This document shows positions 1 through 9,627 of a stretch of DNA of 32,000 bases, piece after piece. How positions within the stretch are numbered: position 1 is the first letter of the stretch; the number at the start of each line of letters is the position of its first letter. Below the pieces are notes generated by a model that worked only from the letters and a program-made list of their open reading frames with translations, was not told the origin of the DNA and did not search any database. The translations under genes and the position numbers were made by a program. Location of the stretch: contig NZ_CP047931.1 in the NCBI RefSeq assembly GCF_014280175.1, positions 1,080,001-1,112,000 of the forward strand. The letters run 5' to 3'. The stretch comes from Synechococcus sp. A15-28. Lineage in GTDB: Bacteria > Cyanobacteriota > Cyanobacteriia > PCC-6307 > Cyanobiaceae.

Positions 1-177
1 CTCTTGACTCCTTCCCCCTGGGACGTTCGCCTGAAGGAGCGTTTCAGCGAGGCCATCGCCGTGTTTGATCACCTCGGCGACGTGTCAGCACCTGCAACTC
101 AGGTCAATGGCCCCCCTTGCCGCGAAGGGATGGTGACGCTGGAGTATCTGCAGACGTTCGGCTCTAACGCAGGATGA
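1..177 (+). CDS. 3' end of an unidentified protein (partial at window edge)
   Basis: Frame 1 is open from base 1 to TGA 175-177 (...REGMVTLEYLQTFGSNAG*). The stop overlaps the next start in an ATGA arrangement. Confidence 0.55.
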   Translation, partial: LLTPSPWDVRLKERFSEAIAVFDHLGDVSAPATQVNGPPCREGMVTLEYLQTFGSNAG

Positions 178-512
178 GCTCCCTGCAGCACACACGGCTC
201 TCCCGCTTGCAGCACCGCATCGGAGTTGTCCTGGCGGACACTCTCTCTGGTCCGTGGTGGCGCCGAAGTCTGTTGATCATCGGCGTGTTGGTCGGCTTTC
301 TGCTCGGTAGCAGCCTGACGGATCTTCTTTCGGATGCTGTTGATGGGCGAACGTTCCACGCCTTAACGACGCTGATCGGCTGTGAACTGCTGGTGGCCCT
401 GCGTCGACGGTTTCTGACGACTCCCGTGGCGTTGCACTGGCGTCTGCTGGACAACCTTCGGTTCGGTTTTGTCTACGCGGTTGTTCTGGAGGCGTTCAAA
501 GTTGGATCCTGA
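174..512 (+). CDS. ycf20: DUF565/Ycf20-like small membrane protein
   Basis: 112-aa ORF with two hydrophobic segments (LLIIGVLVGFLLGSSL; [15 protein letters not shown]), matching the size and pattern of cyanobacterial Ycf20. Confidence 0.65.
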   Translation: MSSLQHTRLSRLQHRIGVVLADTLSGPWWRRSLLIIGVLVGFLLGSSLTDLLSDAVDGRTFHALTTLIGCELLVALRRRFLTTPVALHWRLLDNLRFGFVYAVVLEAFKVGS

Positions 513-1455
513 CGGCCAACGCGATCTTCCAGCGCTCGATCAGCAGCGTCTGCTGAGCTATCTCGACGTTTCTGATCCAGTGGCCTGGGAGCAGCGGTGG
601 CGCAGCAGCCAGCTACTTGAGGCCACGTTGAATCTCTGGCCCGCCAGTGCCTCTCCGGACTGGCTTTGGAGCCTCGGCCTGCCTTTGCTCACCGAGGCAG
701 CAACGGATCAAGGCCAACGTCGTCTGATCGGCTTGAGCGCTTTGCCTGGGTGCGGCAAAACAACGCTTGGACATTGGCTCGAACGGGCAGCACGGCAGCT
801 TGACCTGTCGCTTCAGGTGGTCTCGATCGATGATTTCTACTTTGAAGCGGAGCGTCTGGACCAGGCGATGGGCGGTAACCCTTGGGGGGTGCCTCGTGCC
901 CTGCCGGGCAGTCACGACCTGCCGTTGTTGCTTCAGACCCTCAGCCGATGGAAAGACGGCGAACAGGTGGACCTGCCGCAGTTCGATAAATCCCTGCGTC
1001 AAGGCCGCGGGGACCGATGCGGCTGGCGCAGCTGTTCAGCGCAGATTCTCCTGCTGGAGGGCTGGTTCGTCGGTTGCCAGCCACTTGCTCAGAACACTTC
1101 AATCGAACTCGGTTGTGAGCATCTCTTTCCTTCCATTCGTTCAGAAGAACGCGATGCCCGGGCGGCCGTCCAGGTCGAACTGCGCCGATACGAACAAATC
1201 TGGTCTGAACTCGACAGCCTCTGGCAGATCGCAGCCCAGGACTTCCGATCACCACAGATCTGGAAGCGCCAGCAGGAGCAGCAGATGCTTCAAAACACAG
1301 GTGTTGCCCTGGACAGCGACAGCCTGAAGGGGTTCATCCGCATGATTCTCACGGCAATTCCCCCCCAGAGTTTCGATCGGATTCAGGCCGATGTCCGCGT
1401 GGAGGTTGATCCGGACCGACGGCTGCGCCAGCTCCGCATCAGGCAGAAGGCTTAG
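469..1455 (+). CDS. glyK: D-glycerate 3-kinase-like P-loop kinase; exact start uncertain
   Basis: P-loop [13 protein letters not shown], then [18 protein letters not shown]...[14 protein letters not shown], typical of the photorespiratory glycerate kinase family. The track start is a TTG overlapping the upstream gene. Confidence 0.75.
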   Translation: MSTRLFWRRSKLDPDGQRDLPALDQQRLLSYLDVSDPVAWEQRWRSSQLLEATLNLWPASASPDWLWSLGLPLLTEAATDQGQRRLIGLSALPGCGKTTLGHWLERAARQLDLSLQVVSIDDFYFEAERLDQAMGGNPWGVPRALPGSHDLPLLLQTLSRWKDGEQVDLPQFDKSLRQGRGDRCGWRSCSAQILLLEGWFVGCQPLAQNTSIELGCEHLFPSIRSEERDARAAVQVELRRYEQIWSELDSLWQIAAQDFRSPQIWKRQQEQQMLQNTGVALDSDSLKGFIRMILTAIPPQSFDRIQADVRVEVDPDRRLRQLRIRQKA

Positions 1456-1628
1456 GACTCTTCGCCCTCTGCTTCACTCACGGGATAAACAAATCCCTGG
1501 GCTCGCCCGCTGAGCACAGATTTACCGATGGACATGGCTCGCTTCGCCGCCACGGCAGCCTTTCCTTTCCAAGTGGCACTGCGCTGATTGCGCTTGGCCT
1601 TCGAGGTTTTCTTCTTCGGGACGGCCAT
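1452..1628 (-). CDS. rpmF: 50S ribosomal protein L32 (58 aa; not in supplied ORF track)
   Basis: The reverse complement translates as [61 protein letters not shown] is at 1628-1626 and the stop at 1454-1452. Confidence 0.95.
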   Translation of the reverse strand: MAVPKKKTSKAKRNQRSATWKGKAAVAAKRAMSIGKSVLSGRAQGFVYPVSEAEGEES

Positions 1629-1714
1629 TGCGCCTGGTCAATTCCAAACGGCAATTGTCTGTTGTCGGGACGCCTTGCGTCAAATCGCTAAGGTCAAGAC
1701 AATTCAATGTTGTC

Positions 1715-3502
1715 GTGACTTCAGGATCGGAAGGGTCGAAGGAATCGTCGTCTCCTCAATCTTTACCGAGCTTGTTCGGAGACAAATCCAACTCTGTCAG
1801 TTACTCGAGCTTGCTGGATAAGATCCGCAGCGGCGAGGTCAGCAGCCTGGAACTTGTCCCGGCCCGCCGAGAGGTGCGGGTCACCTATCCCGATGGCAGC
1901 CAATCAACCGTCAGCATTTTCGCTAACGATCAGCAGATCCTGAGGGCTGCCGAAGCATCCGCCACGCCGCTGACGGTGCGGGACATTCGCAGCGAGCAGG
2001 CCATGGCTGGCCTGCTGGGCAATCTCGGACTGGTGCTGCTGTTGGTGGTGGGCCTCTCCTTCCTGTTGCGACGATCCGCCCAGATGGCCAACCGTGCCCT
2101 TGGGTTCGGTCGCAGTCAGCCACGGCTGAAGCCCCAGGAGGACCTTCAGGTTCGCTTCGAGGACGTCGCCGGCATCAACGACGCCAAGGAGGAGCTTGAG
2201 GAGGTGGTCACCTTTCTCAAGCAGCCTGAAACATTCACCGGACTTGGCGCCAAGATTCCCCGTGGCGTGCTGCTGGTGGGCCCCCCAGGCACGGGAAAAA
2301 CGTTGTTGGCCCGTGCCATTGCCGGCGAAGCGGGGGTGCCATTTTTCTCGATGGCGGCCTCCGAATTCGTCGAGCTGTTCGTCGGTGTTGGTGCCAGCCG
2401 GGTCCGTGATCTGTTTCGACAGGCCAAGGAGAAGGCCCCCTGCATCGTCTTCATCGACGAGATCGACGCCGTCGGCCGTCAGCGGGGAGCCGGCATTGGT
2501 GGTGGCAACGACGAGCGGGAGCAAACGCTCAATCAGTTGCTCACCGAAATGGATGGTTTCGCCGACAACTCAGGCGTGATTCTTCTGGCGGCCACCAACC
2601 GAGCTGACGTGTTGGATGCGGCCCTCACCCGTCCAGGACGGTTTGATCGGCGCATCGATGTTTCTCTGCCGGATCGCCGTGGTCGCGAAGCGATCCTGGC
2701 TGTCCATGCACGCACACGCCCCCTGGATCCAGAAATCGATCTGGCGGCCTGGGCCCGCCGGACTCCTGGTTTCTCCGGTGCTGAGCTGGCCAATCTGATC
2801 AATGAAGCGGCCATCCTCACGGCGCGGGAGCAGCAGCCCTTCATCAGCGTCCGCCAATTGGAAGGAGCCCTGGAACGGATCACCATGGGGCTCAGTGCCA
2901 AGCCGCTTCAGGACAGTGCCAAGAAGCGACTGATCGCTTATCACGAAGTCGGCCATGCCCTGGTGGCTGCCCTGTTGCCCGATGCCAACAAGCTCGACAA
3001 GGTCACGATCCTGCCCAGGGGAGCAGCAGGCGGGTACACCCGTTTCATGCCGGATGAGGAGAAGCTCGACTCCGGCCTGATTACCCGAGCCTCCTGCCTG
3101 GCGGATCTGGTTGTCTCCCTCGGCGGACGAGCCGCGGAGCTGGTGGTTTTCGGACCGCTGGAGATCACCCAGGGGGCGAGCGGTGATCTGCAGATGGTGG
3201 CTCAGCTGGCAAGGGAAATGGTTACTCGGTTCGGCTTCTCGTCACTTGGACCTGTGGCTCTTGAAGGTCCAGGCACTGAGGTGTTTCTGGGGCGCGATTG
3301 GTTCAGCCAGCGGCCCGGTTACGCCGAAAGCACCGGCCAGGCCATCGACACCCGCATTCGCGACCTCGCTAAGCAATCCCTGGCTCAGGCGGTGTCCTTG
3401 CTGGAATCGCGACGGGAGGTCATGGATCGACTTGTCGACGCCTTGATGGAGGAAGAGACGCTTCACCACGATCGCTTCATGGAACTGGCCGGACTGGGAT
3501 GA
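1715..3502 (+). CDS. ftsH: ATP-dependent zinc metalloprotease FtsH; GTG start at 1715 preferred over the track TTG at 1628
   Basis: Walker [24 protein letters not shown], Walker [18 protein letters not shown] region [20 protein letters not shown] and zinc motif HEVGH. The track start at 1628 overlaps the rpmF start codon. Confidence 0.93.
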   Translation: MTSGSEGSKESSSPQSLPSLFGDKSNSVSYSSLLDKIRSGEVSSLELVPARREVRVTYPDGSQSTVSIFANDQQILRAAEASATPLTVRDIRSEQAMAGLLGNLGLVLLLVVGLSFLLRRSAQMANRALGFGRSQPRLKPQEDLQVRFEDVAGINDAKEELEEVVTFLKQPETFTGLGAKIPRGVLLVGPPGTGKTLLARAIAGEAGVPFFSMAASEFVELFVGVGASRVRDLFRQAKEKAPCIVFIDEIDAVGRQRGAGIGGGNDEREQTLNQLLTEMDGFADNSGVILLAATNRADVLDAALTRPGRFDRRIDVSLPDRRGREAILAVHARTRPLDPEIDLAAWARRTPGFSGAELANLINEAAILTAREQQPFISVRQLEGALERITMGLSAKPLQDSAKKRLIAYHEVGHALVAALLPDANKLDKVTILPRGAAGGYTRFMPDEEKLDSGLITRASCLADLVVSLGGRAAELVVFGPLEITQGASGDLQMVAQLAREMVTRFGFSSLGPVALEGPGTEVFLGRDWFSQRPGYAESTGQAIDTRIRDLAKQSLAQAVSLLESRREVMDRLVDALMEEETLHHDRFMELAGLG

Positions 3503-6219
3503 GAGTCCTCCTGCTGCTGCTTCCGCTGGTGCTGCTGGCGGCCCGCATGCAGGTCGAATGGTCCTGGTTTCAACAATTTCAGCTGGAGGAGGTGTTGTTG
3601 CACCGCTGGTTGCTTCAGCTGGCCGGTGGGTTAGCGGCGTTGCTCCCCATCGGACTCGCGATTCGTTGGAGTCGTTCCTTCGATTCAACGTCCCAGCCCG
3701 GCTCAACGGTGCGTCTGAAGGGCTGGCGCTATTCCGTGATGTTGCTGCTGGCGGTCGCTCTGCAGTTGGTGGGTCTGGCGGTGATCAACGTTCTGCTTCT
3801 GCAGGCCTTTGATGATTCGATGACCCTCGCCAGTGGCTGGCAGCTGTCCATGCATCAGCCGCAGCTGCCGCCCCTGCTGTTCATCAGTTTGGTGGCGGTG
3901 CTGCACCCGCGTCTCAGGCGTTGGCTTCCCTGGTTTGTCTCAACGGCAGTGGTGCTGATTGCGGCCAGAGCCTGGGGTGTTTGGGCCCTCGCCTGGGGTA
4001 TTCCGCCATCAGGGCTGCAGGAACCATTCCTTCACACCGATGTCAGCTTCGCGCTGGGTCGCTTCGCAGCGCTGCAGCTGTTGATCGCCCTGCTCAGCTC
4101 CGGCGCATTGTTCTGCCTGGGCTTCGACTCGCAGACCCTGTTGACCCGTCCCCCGGCGCTGAGCGACTGGGGCTGCGCTCTGCCAAACCCACAAAACCGC
4201 CGGTTGCTGTTGTTCATGGCGGCCATGGTGCTTTTGCTTCTGGCTGGCCAGTGCTGGTTGTCCAGGCATGCTCTGCTGTGGCATCAGCACGGCATCGTCG
4301 CCGGGGCCGGCTGGCTTCAACGGGCGGTGACACAACCATTCCGGCTGCTGCTCACGCTTGAACTTCTGCTGTTGGCGTTGGCCCTGCTGCTGCCCGCATC
4401 GAATGGTCTTCGTCGAGGGTTGCTGCTGGCCCTCGCCGTGACCCTGGCCCTGGAATTCACCCTCACCCCTTTCAGTCGCTGGCTGATTCTTCGCCCGCAG
4501 GAAATATCACTTCAGACGCCTTACCTCGAGGAGGCGATTCGATCCACACGGCATGCCTTTCAACTCGATGGGATCAACCGGGTCTCCTACAAGCCTGAAC
4601 TCTCGCTGACGCGGGCGGACCTTGAGCAAGGGGCCAGCACTCTGAGCAATCTCAGGCTCTGGGACAGCGCTCCGCTCCTGGAAACCAACCGTCAGCTGCA
4701 GCAGCTGCGGGTGTACTACCGCTTTCCCCAGGCTTCCGTTGATCGTTATCCGCTCTTACGTCGTGGGGATACACCCCAGCAGGTGATTCTCTCGGCGAGG
4801 GAGCTGGATCAATCGGCTCTTCCCCGACGTTCCCAGACCTGGTTGAACCAGCATTTCGTGTTCACCCATGGCTACGGCTTCACGGTGAGCCCGGTGAACA
4901 CCCACGGAGACGATGGATTGCCGGAGTACTTCATCAGAGACCTGGGCTCGGACACCAGGATCCAGGGCAATCTCGAGCTTGGAATCGAGCGGGAGGACGT
5001 GGAACGGGCCATTCCAGTGGAGGACGCGGCTCTTTACTTCGGCATGCTCAGGTCCCCTTATGCAGTGGCTCCCACCCGGGTTGATGAATTCGACTACCCG
5101 GAAGGTGATCTGAACGTCTACACCCATTACCGCGGCAGCGCTGGAGTTCCTATCGGCCACTGGCTTCAGCGGGCTGCAGCCGCCACCTATCTGCTGGAAC
5201 CCCGGCTGCTGACTGCGGGGTCCATTGATCAGTCCTCCAAACTTCTGATCCGCCGTGAAGTTCGTGAGCGGGTCCATGCGATCGCTCCCTTTCTTGATCT
5301 CCGCGGCGATCCGTACCTGATTTCGATTCCTCAATCCGGCCAGTCAACGTCCGCATCCAGTCAGCATCAGTACTGGGTTGTGGAGGGGTTCACCCATTCG
5401 TCCACCTATCCCTACAGCGCGGCTGTCTCCAGCAGCGATTCCGATCGTTACCTCCGCAATTCAGTCAAGGCAGTGGTGGATGCCTACAACGGCAGCGTGC
5501 AGTTGTTCATCAGTGAGCCTGATGATCCGTTGATTCAAGGCTGGGCTCGGGTCTTTCCGGACCTGTTTCAACCGCTTTCTTCCCTGCCGTCATCGGTTCG
5601 CGATCACTTACGGGTTCCCGAGGAATTGTTTGATGTTCAGGTCAAACAACTCCAGCGATATCACGTTGAAGATCCTCGTGTTTTTTACAGCGGAGACGAC
5701 GTCTGGCAGGTGCCGCTGGAGGTGTACGACGGTGAGCAGATTTCAGTGCGTCCTTATCACATCACAGCCCAGGTGCAGGACCGCAGCAGCTCCGAGTTCC
5801 TGCTGCTTCAGCCCCTTACGCCCTTGGCTCGTCCCAATCTCACCGCCTGGTTGGCTGCACGCAACGACGGAGAGAATTACGGCAAGTTGGTTCAGATTGA
5901 TTTTCCCAAGGACACGCCGATTCTTGGCCCCGAACAGGTTCAGGCCTTGATCAATCAGGACCCGGAGATCAGTCAGCTGTTCGGCCTCTGGGATCGCGGC
6001 GGATCCCAGGTGGTGCAGGGGAACCTGCTGGTGGTTCCCGTCGGGAAATGCCTTCTCTATGTGGAACCCGTTTATCTGCGGGCCAGCAAAGGGGGGCTAC
6101 CGTCCTTGACGCGCATTGTGGTCAGCGATGGACAAACAATCGCCATGGCCGACACCCTGCCTGGTGCGATCGATCAACTCATGCAAAAAACCCTGCCGCC
6201 AGAGGCGACAGGGTCCTGA
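3499..6219 (+). CDS. UPF0182 family large integral membrane protein
   Basis: 906 aa with multiple N-terminal TM segments, then conserved blocks VNTHGDDGLPEYFIRDLG and YFGMLRSPYAVAPTRVDEFDYPEGD. The start overlaps the ftsH stop (ATGA). Confidence 0.85.
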   Translation: MRVLLLLLPLVLLAARMQVEWSWFQQFQLEEVLLHRWLLQLAGGLAALLPIGLAIRWSRSFDSTSQPGSTVRLKGWRYSVMLLLAVALQLVGLAVINVLLLQAFDDSMTLASGWQLSMHQPQLPPLLFISLVAVLHPRLRRWLPWFVSTAVVLIAARAWGVWALAWGIPPSGLQEPFLHTDVSFALGRFAALQLLIALLSSGALFCLGFDSQTLLTRPPALSDWGCALPNPQNRRLLLFMAAMVLLLLAGQCWLSRHALLWHQHGIVAGAGWLQRAVTQPFRLLLTLELLLLALALLLPASNGLRRGLLLALAVTLALEFTLTPFSRWLILRPQEISLQTPYLEEAIRSTRHAFQLDGINRVSYKPELSLTRADLEQGASTLSNLRLWDSAPLLETNRQLQQLRVYYRFPQASVDRYPLLRRGDTPQQVILSARELDQSALPRRSQTWLNQHFVFTHGYGFTVSPVNTHGDDGLPEYFIRDLGSDTRIQGNLELGIEREDVERAIPVEDAALYFGMLRSPYAVAPTRVDEFDYPEGDLNVYTHYRGSAGVPIGHWLQRAAAATYLLEPRLLTAGSIDQSSKLLIRREVRERVHAIAPFLDLRGDPYLISIPQSGQSTSASSQHQYWVVEGFTHSSTYPYSAAVSSSDSDRYLRNSVKAVVDAYNGSVQLFISEPDDPLIQGWARVFPDLFQPLSSLPSSVRDHLRVPEELFDVQVKQLQRYHVEDPRVFYSGDDVWQVPLEVYDGEQISVRPYHITAQVQDRSSSEFLLLQPLTPLARPNLTAWLAARNDGENYGKLVQIDFPKDTPILGPEQVQALINQDPEISQLFGLWDRGGSQVVQGNLLVVPVGKCLLYVEPVYLRASKGGLPSLTRIVVSDGQTIAMADTLPGAIDQLMQKTLPPEATGS

Positions 6220-6242
6220 GTGATTCGTTCAGCGTTGACGAA

Positions 6243-6842
6243 TCAACCGATGGCGGAGAAATACTCCTTGGAACCCTGGGGATCTTCCAGCATCGTGGCA
6301 GCACCAGGTGTCCAGTTGGCGGGACAGACTTCGTCAGGGTTGGACTGAACGTACTGGAATGCCTGCAGAAGACGCAGGGTCTCGTCAACGTTCCGGCCCA
6401 CGGGCAGGTTGTTGATGGTGGCGTGAACAATCACCCCATCGGGGTCGATCAGATACAGGCCACGCAGTGCCTTGCCTTCCTCGTCAAGGATGTTGAAGGC
6501 GTTACCGATCTCCTTGTTCAGGTCGGCGACGAGGGGATAGTTGATATCACCGATACCACCCTGATTCCGAGGGGTCTGGATCCAGGCCAGGTGGCTGTAC
6601 TTGCTGTCGACGGAAACGCCGAGGATTTCACAGTTCTTGCTGGAGAAATCGGCGTAGCGGTCGCTGAAGGCCGTGATCTCAGTCGGGCAGACGAAGGTGA
6701 AATCCAGGGGATAGAAGAACAGCACCACGTACTTGCCGCGGTACTGGGACAGGGAGATCTCCTTGAATTCCTGATCCACCACAGCGGTGGCGGTGAAATC
6801 GGGGGCCTGATGGCCCACACGCAGACAACCGGTGTCGGTCAT
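6243..6842 (-). CDS. 2-Cys peroxiredoxin (alkyl hydroperoxide reductase/thioredoxin peroxidase family)
   Basis: Peroxidatic motif [19 protein letters not shown] and resolving motif DEVCPANW. Confidence 0.95.
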   Translation of the reverse strand: MTDTGCLRVGHQAPDFTATAVVDQEFKEISLSQYRGKYVVLFFYPLDFTFVCPTEITAFSDRYADFSSKNCEILGVSVDSKYSHLAWIQTPRNQGGIGDINYPLVADLNKEIGNAFNILDEEGKALRGLYLIDPDGVIVHATINNLPVGRNVDETLRLLQAFQYVQSNPDEVCPANWTPGAATMLEDPQGSKEYFSAIG

Positions 6843-6956
6843 GTTCGGGGTGCGGTGAGGTTGAACTCGATCGTCGAACTCCTTAAGCGAAGTCGATACG
6901 ACTACAAGTTTCGTATGTCAATTTATCACGACCGCCCCTCTGCGAAGCCATAGACT

Positions 6957-7253
6957 GTGTTTATGAATGATCGCTCGATGATCTGGGATCCATCCCTTCA
7001 GCGTAAATACAGTTCCACGGGGCATTTTCGTCTGCTGAATCAACTCAAAGGTGATCTCAGCAAGCGCCCCCTCGATCGGGACTCCTCCACAGGTGCACTG
7101 CGGATGCCAGGCTTTGGCTCCAGGTCCAGACGCTCTCAAGGTCAGATGACTCGTCGCTCCGCCCAACCCGCTCCGGTGTCTCTGGCTTCGCCAGACATCA
7201 GCTCTGATTCGAGCAGTTTCCGTGATCGTCTGAGTGCAATCGAGATGCGCTGA
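6957..7253 (+). CDS. Small uncharacterised protein
   Basis: 98-aa ORF (MFMNDRSMIWDPSLQRKYSSTGHFRLLNQLKGDL...) in the gap between the divergent peroxiredoxin gene and a tRNA. No named domain recognised. Confidence 0.55.
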   Translation: MFMNDRSMIWDPSLQRKYSSTGHFRLLNQLKGDLSKRPLDRDSSTGALRMPGFGSRSRRSQGQMTRRSAQPAPVSLASPDISSDSSSFRDRLSAIEMR

Positions 7254-7316
7254 GCCTCCATCCAGCCATTCAAGGAACGCTGAGATGTATGATGGAGACT
7301 GGCTTGAAGGCCATTC

Positions 7317-7390
7317 GTCAGAGTAGCTCAGCTGGTTAGAGCACAGGATTCATAACCCTGAGGTCGGGAGTTCAAGTCTCCCCTCTGACA
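7317..7390 (+). tRNA. tRNA-Met (anticodon CAT)
   Basis: 74-nt cloverleaf. Acceptor GTCAGAG/CTCTGAC plus discriminator A, D-arm GCTCAGCTGGTTAGAGC, anticodon loop TTCATAA, T-arm GGGAGTTCAAGTCTCCC. A CAT anticodon could also be tRNA-Ile(CAU), but an elongator Met is preferred. Confidence 0.92.
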
Positions 7391-7464
7391 TTGAAATTCT
7401 CTCGTTCATTGTCATGGCGACAGCAGTCATATACAGAACGATTGTGCTGATGAAATCAGCTGGG

Positions 7465-8505
7465 TCAGGCTTGCCGTTGGGGCAACTTGCTAAGCGGATT
7501 CACGGCTGCACCGTTGGAACGCCGGATTTCGAAGTGCAGATGAGGGCCAGTGCTGCGGCCAGTGCTTCCCATCAGAGAGATGCGTGTTCCCTGGGGGACC
7601 ACCTGCCCCTTGGACACCATCAGACGACTGTTATGGGCATAGCGGGTGGAATCGCCATCTCCGTGATCGATCTCTACGAGATAGCCGTAAGCACCTCTCC
7701 ATCCTGCGAAAGTGACAATGCCATCACGGGCTGAATGGACGGAGGTGCCTGTGCTGTTGGCGATATCAATTCCCTTGTGCATTCGCCCCCAACGCCAGCC
7801 GTAGCCGGAGGTGAAGACCCCTTTTGTGGGCCAGGTGTAAGTCGTTGAAGGTGCCACCCGATGGGATTCACGTTGAGGCGCCTGTGGGTTGGAGAGGGCT
7901 GGACGATCAGGCCAGCTGGCACCTCTACTGATGCTGGGACGAATGGCCAGAAGCTGCTGGCCAGTTGCGGCTTTGGCAACCCTCACTTCGGTGCCGACGG
8001 AGAGTTCGGAGAGGGTGAGCCCTGGATTGAACTTCTTCAACTCCTCCTTGTTGATCCCGTGGCGCTTGAGAAAGCTGGAAAGGGAATCGCCCCGCTGAAT
8101 GGATGCGGTGGAACGAATTGGAGGAGGCGCTGTGATCGGTGGTTCCGTGCGGATTGATTCGTTCTCAACGCCGACCAACAACAAAGCGCGATCCTGGGCA
8201 ACAGCAGGAATCGCAAACCAGCTGCCGGAGGGAAACACGTGAGTTACCGGTTGATCATTGATCTCGGCAAAACGTGCCGAAGAGAGATCGAGGGAGGCCG
8301 CAAGGCGGGGAAGTGAGGTGCGTTGCCGAAGACGAAACCAGAAGGCCGGCTTATCTGAAGAGGCGACGATCGCATCGTCCTCCGGCAAAGGAGGCAGTTC
8401 AGCAAAGGTGAAGGACTTGCTGTCCGCCTGTCCTGGCAGCGCATGCCAACCAACCACACTCAACAGAGGGGTGATGGAAGCAGCCAACACCAGAACTGAG
8501 CGCAT
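7465..8505 (-). CDS. Secreted LysM + M23 family metallopeptidase (NlpD/EnvC-like)
   Basis: LysM-like RGDSLSSFLKRHGINKEELKKFNPGL, then M23 core TSGYGWRWGRMHKGIDIA...GPHLHFEIR. The start at 8505 gives a signal peptide (MRSVLVLAASITPLLSVVGWHALPGQA) and removes the overlap with trmL. Confidence 0.88.
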   Translation of the reverse strand: MRSVLVLAASITPLLSVVGWHALPGQADSKSFTFAELPPLPEDDAIVASSDKPAFWFRLRQRTSLPRLAASLDLSSARFAEINDQPVTHVFPSGSWFAIPAVAQDRALLLVGVENESIRTEPPITAPPPIRSTASIQRGDSLSSFLKRHGINKEELKKFNPGLTLSELSVGTEVRVAKAATGQQLLAIRPSISRGASWPDRPALSNPQAPQRESHRVAPSTTYTWPTKGVFTSGYGWRWGRMHKGIDIANSTGTSVHSARDGIVTFAGWRGAYGYLVEIDHGDGDSTRYAHNSRLMVSKGQVVPQGTRISLMGSTGRSTGPHLHFEIRRSNGAAVNPLSKLPQRQA

Positions 8506-8578
8506 CCCGAAGGTGTAGTCGGTCGAACAGTAACGAAGTGGCCATGGCCCTGCAATACCAACTGGTGCAGTCGCCTCA

Positions 8579-9079
8579 TCACCACAGCAGAAGCTGGTGG
8601 CCTGCTGTGTAAGCCACGAGCGCACAGGCCACGGATAGGTTCAGGCTTCGCACACCCCCTTGACCATCTGCGTCAACGCCACCGGGCATCGGAATGGTGA
8701 GGATGCGGTCGCACTGTTCTCTCACTCGATTGGGAAGCCCGTTGTCCTCGCGGCCGAACAGCAGCACATCACCACGTTGAAACTGAAAGTCGCCAAGGCT
8801 GTCACCCCCGTAACGGCTACAGCCGATCAAGCGATAGGGATGCGTCAGCTGAGCCAAAAGATGGTCCAAATCGCTGTGGGTTGAGAGCTGCACATGGGGC
8901 CAGTAATCAAGCCCGGCACGCCGCACCGACCGATCATCGATGCAGAACCCAAGCGGTTCAATCAACGCCAAGGGCAGCTGAAATGCAGCGCAAGTCCGAG
9001 CGATGTTGCCCGTGTTAGGGGGGATCTGGGGTTCGTAGAGCACAACCCGCAGGGGTGATGTCGGCTCAGGAAGGGTCAT
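8579..9079 (-). CDS. trmL: tRNA (cytidine(34)-2'-O)-methyltransferase, SPOUT family
   Basis: LYEPQIPPNTGNIARTCAA, LLFGREDNGLP and RSLNLSVACALVAY motifs. Confidence 0.93.
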   Translation of the reverse strand: MTLPEPTSPLRVVLYEPQIPPNTGNIARTCAAFQLPLALIEPLGFCIDDRSVRRAGLDYWPHVQLSTHSDLDHLLAQLTHPYRLIGCSRYGGDSLGDFQFQRGDVLLFGREDNGLPNRVREQCDRILTIPMPGGVDADGQGGVRSLNLSVACALVAYTAGHQLLLW

Positions 9080-9627
9080 GGCACGCGCTGGCTGAGGGAA
9101 TGCAGATCAATGGCCCGTCCCTGCAGGACCAGCCAGGCTGAATCAGCCTCTTGATCGAGGCGTTGCGCCAGGGAACCCAGGCGATCGCGGAAGCGTCCGC
9201 CGATGCGCGTGGGTGGAACCACGCCCCATCCGGTTTCCTCGATGACCAGCACGCAGGTCTGGTGCATACCAGCCAACTGTTGGATCAGCCCGTTGCAGCA
9301 TTCGTTCCAGACCTCGTCAGAGTCATCCAGATGGCAGGCCACGAAGCCCCCCAGCGCATCAATCAACACGGATGAGTGCTGAGGAATCGTGCGCAGGGCA
9401 CTGGTGAGATCAGCATCTGCCTCCACCAAACGCCAGTGGCTGGGGCGTCGTTGCCGATGCAGCTCCAGACGGGCCTGCCAGTCTTGATCATCAGGACGAT
9501 CAGGAGACGTGGCCACATAGCTGACGTCGAGGTCCTCGGACAACAGATGCTCGGCCCAGCGGCTTTTCCCGCCTCTGGAGGGGCCACTTACAAGGACGAG
9601 CCTGGATTGGTTCAGGTCAGCCGCCAC
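9076..9627 (-). CDS. cobU: Bifunctional adenosylcobinamide kinase / adenosylcobinamide-phosphate guanylyltransferase
   Basis: SGPSRGGKSRWAEHL P-loop, VSYVATSP, W.RRPSHW, and the C-terminal VLQGRAIDLHSL. Confidence 0.92.
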   Translation of the reverse strand: MAADLNQSRLVLVSGPSRGGKSRWAEHLLSEDLDVSYVATSPDRPDDQDWQARLELHRQRRPSHWRLVEADADLTSALRTIPQHSSVLIDALGGFVACHLDDSDEVWNECCNGLIQQLAGMHQTCVLVIEETGWGVVPPTRIGGRFRDRLGSLAQRLDQEADSAWLVLQGRAIDLHSLSQRVP

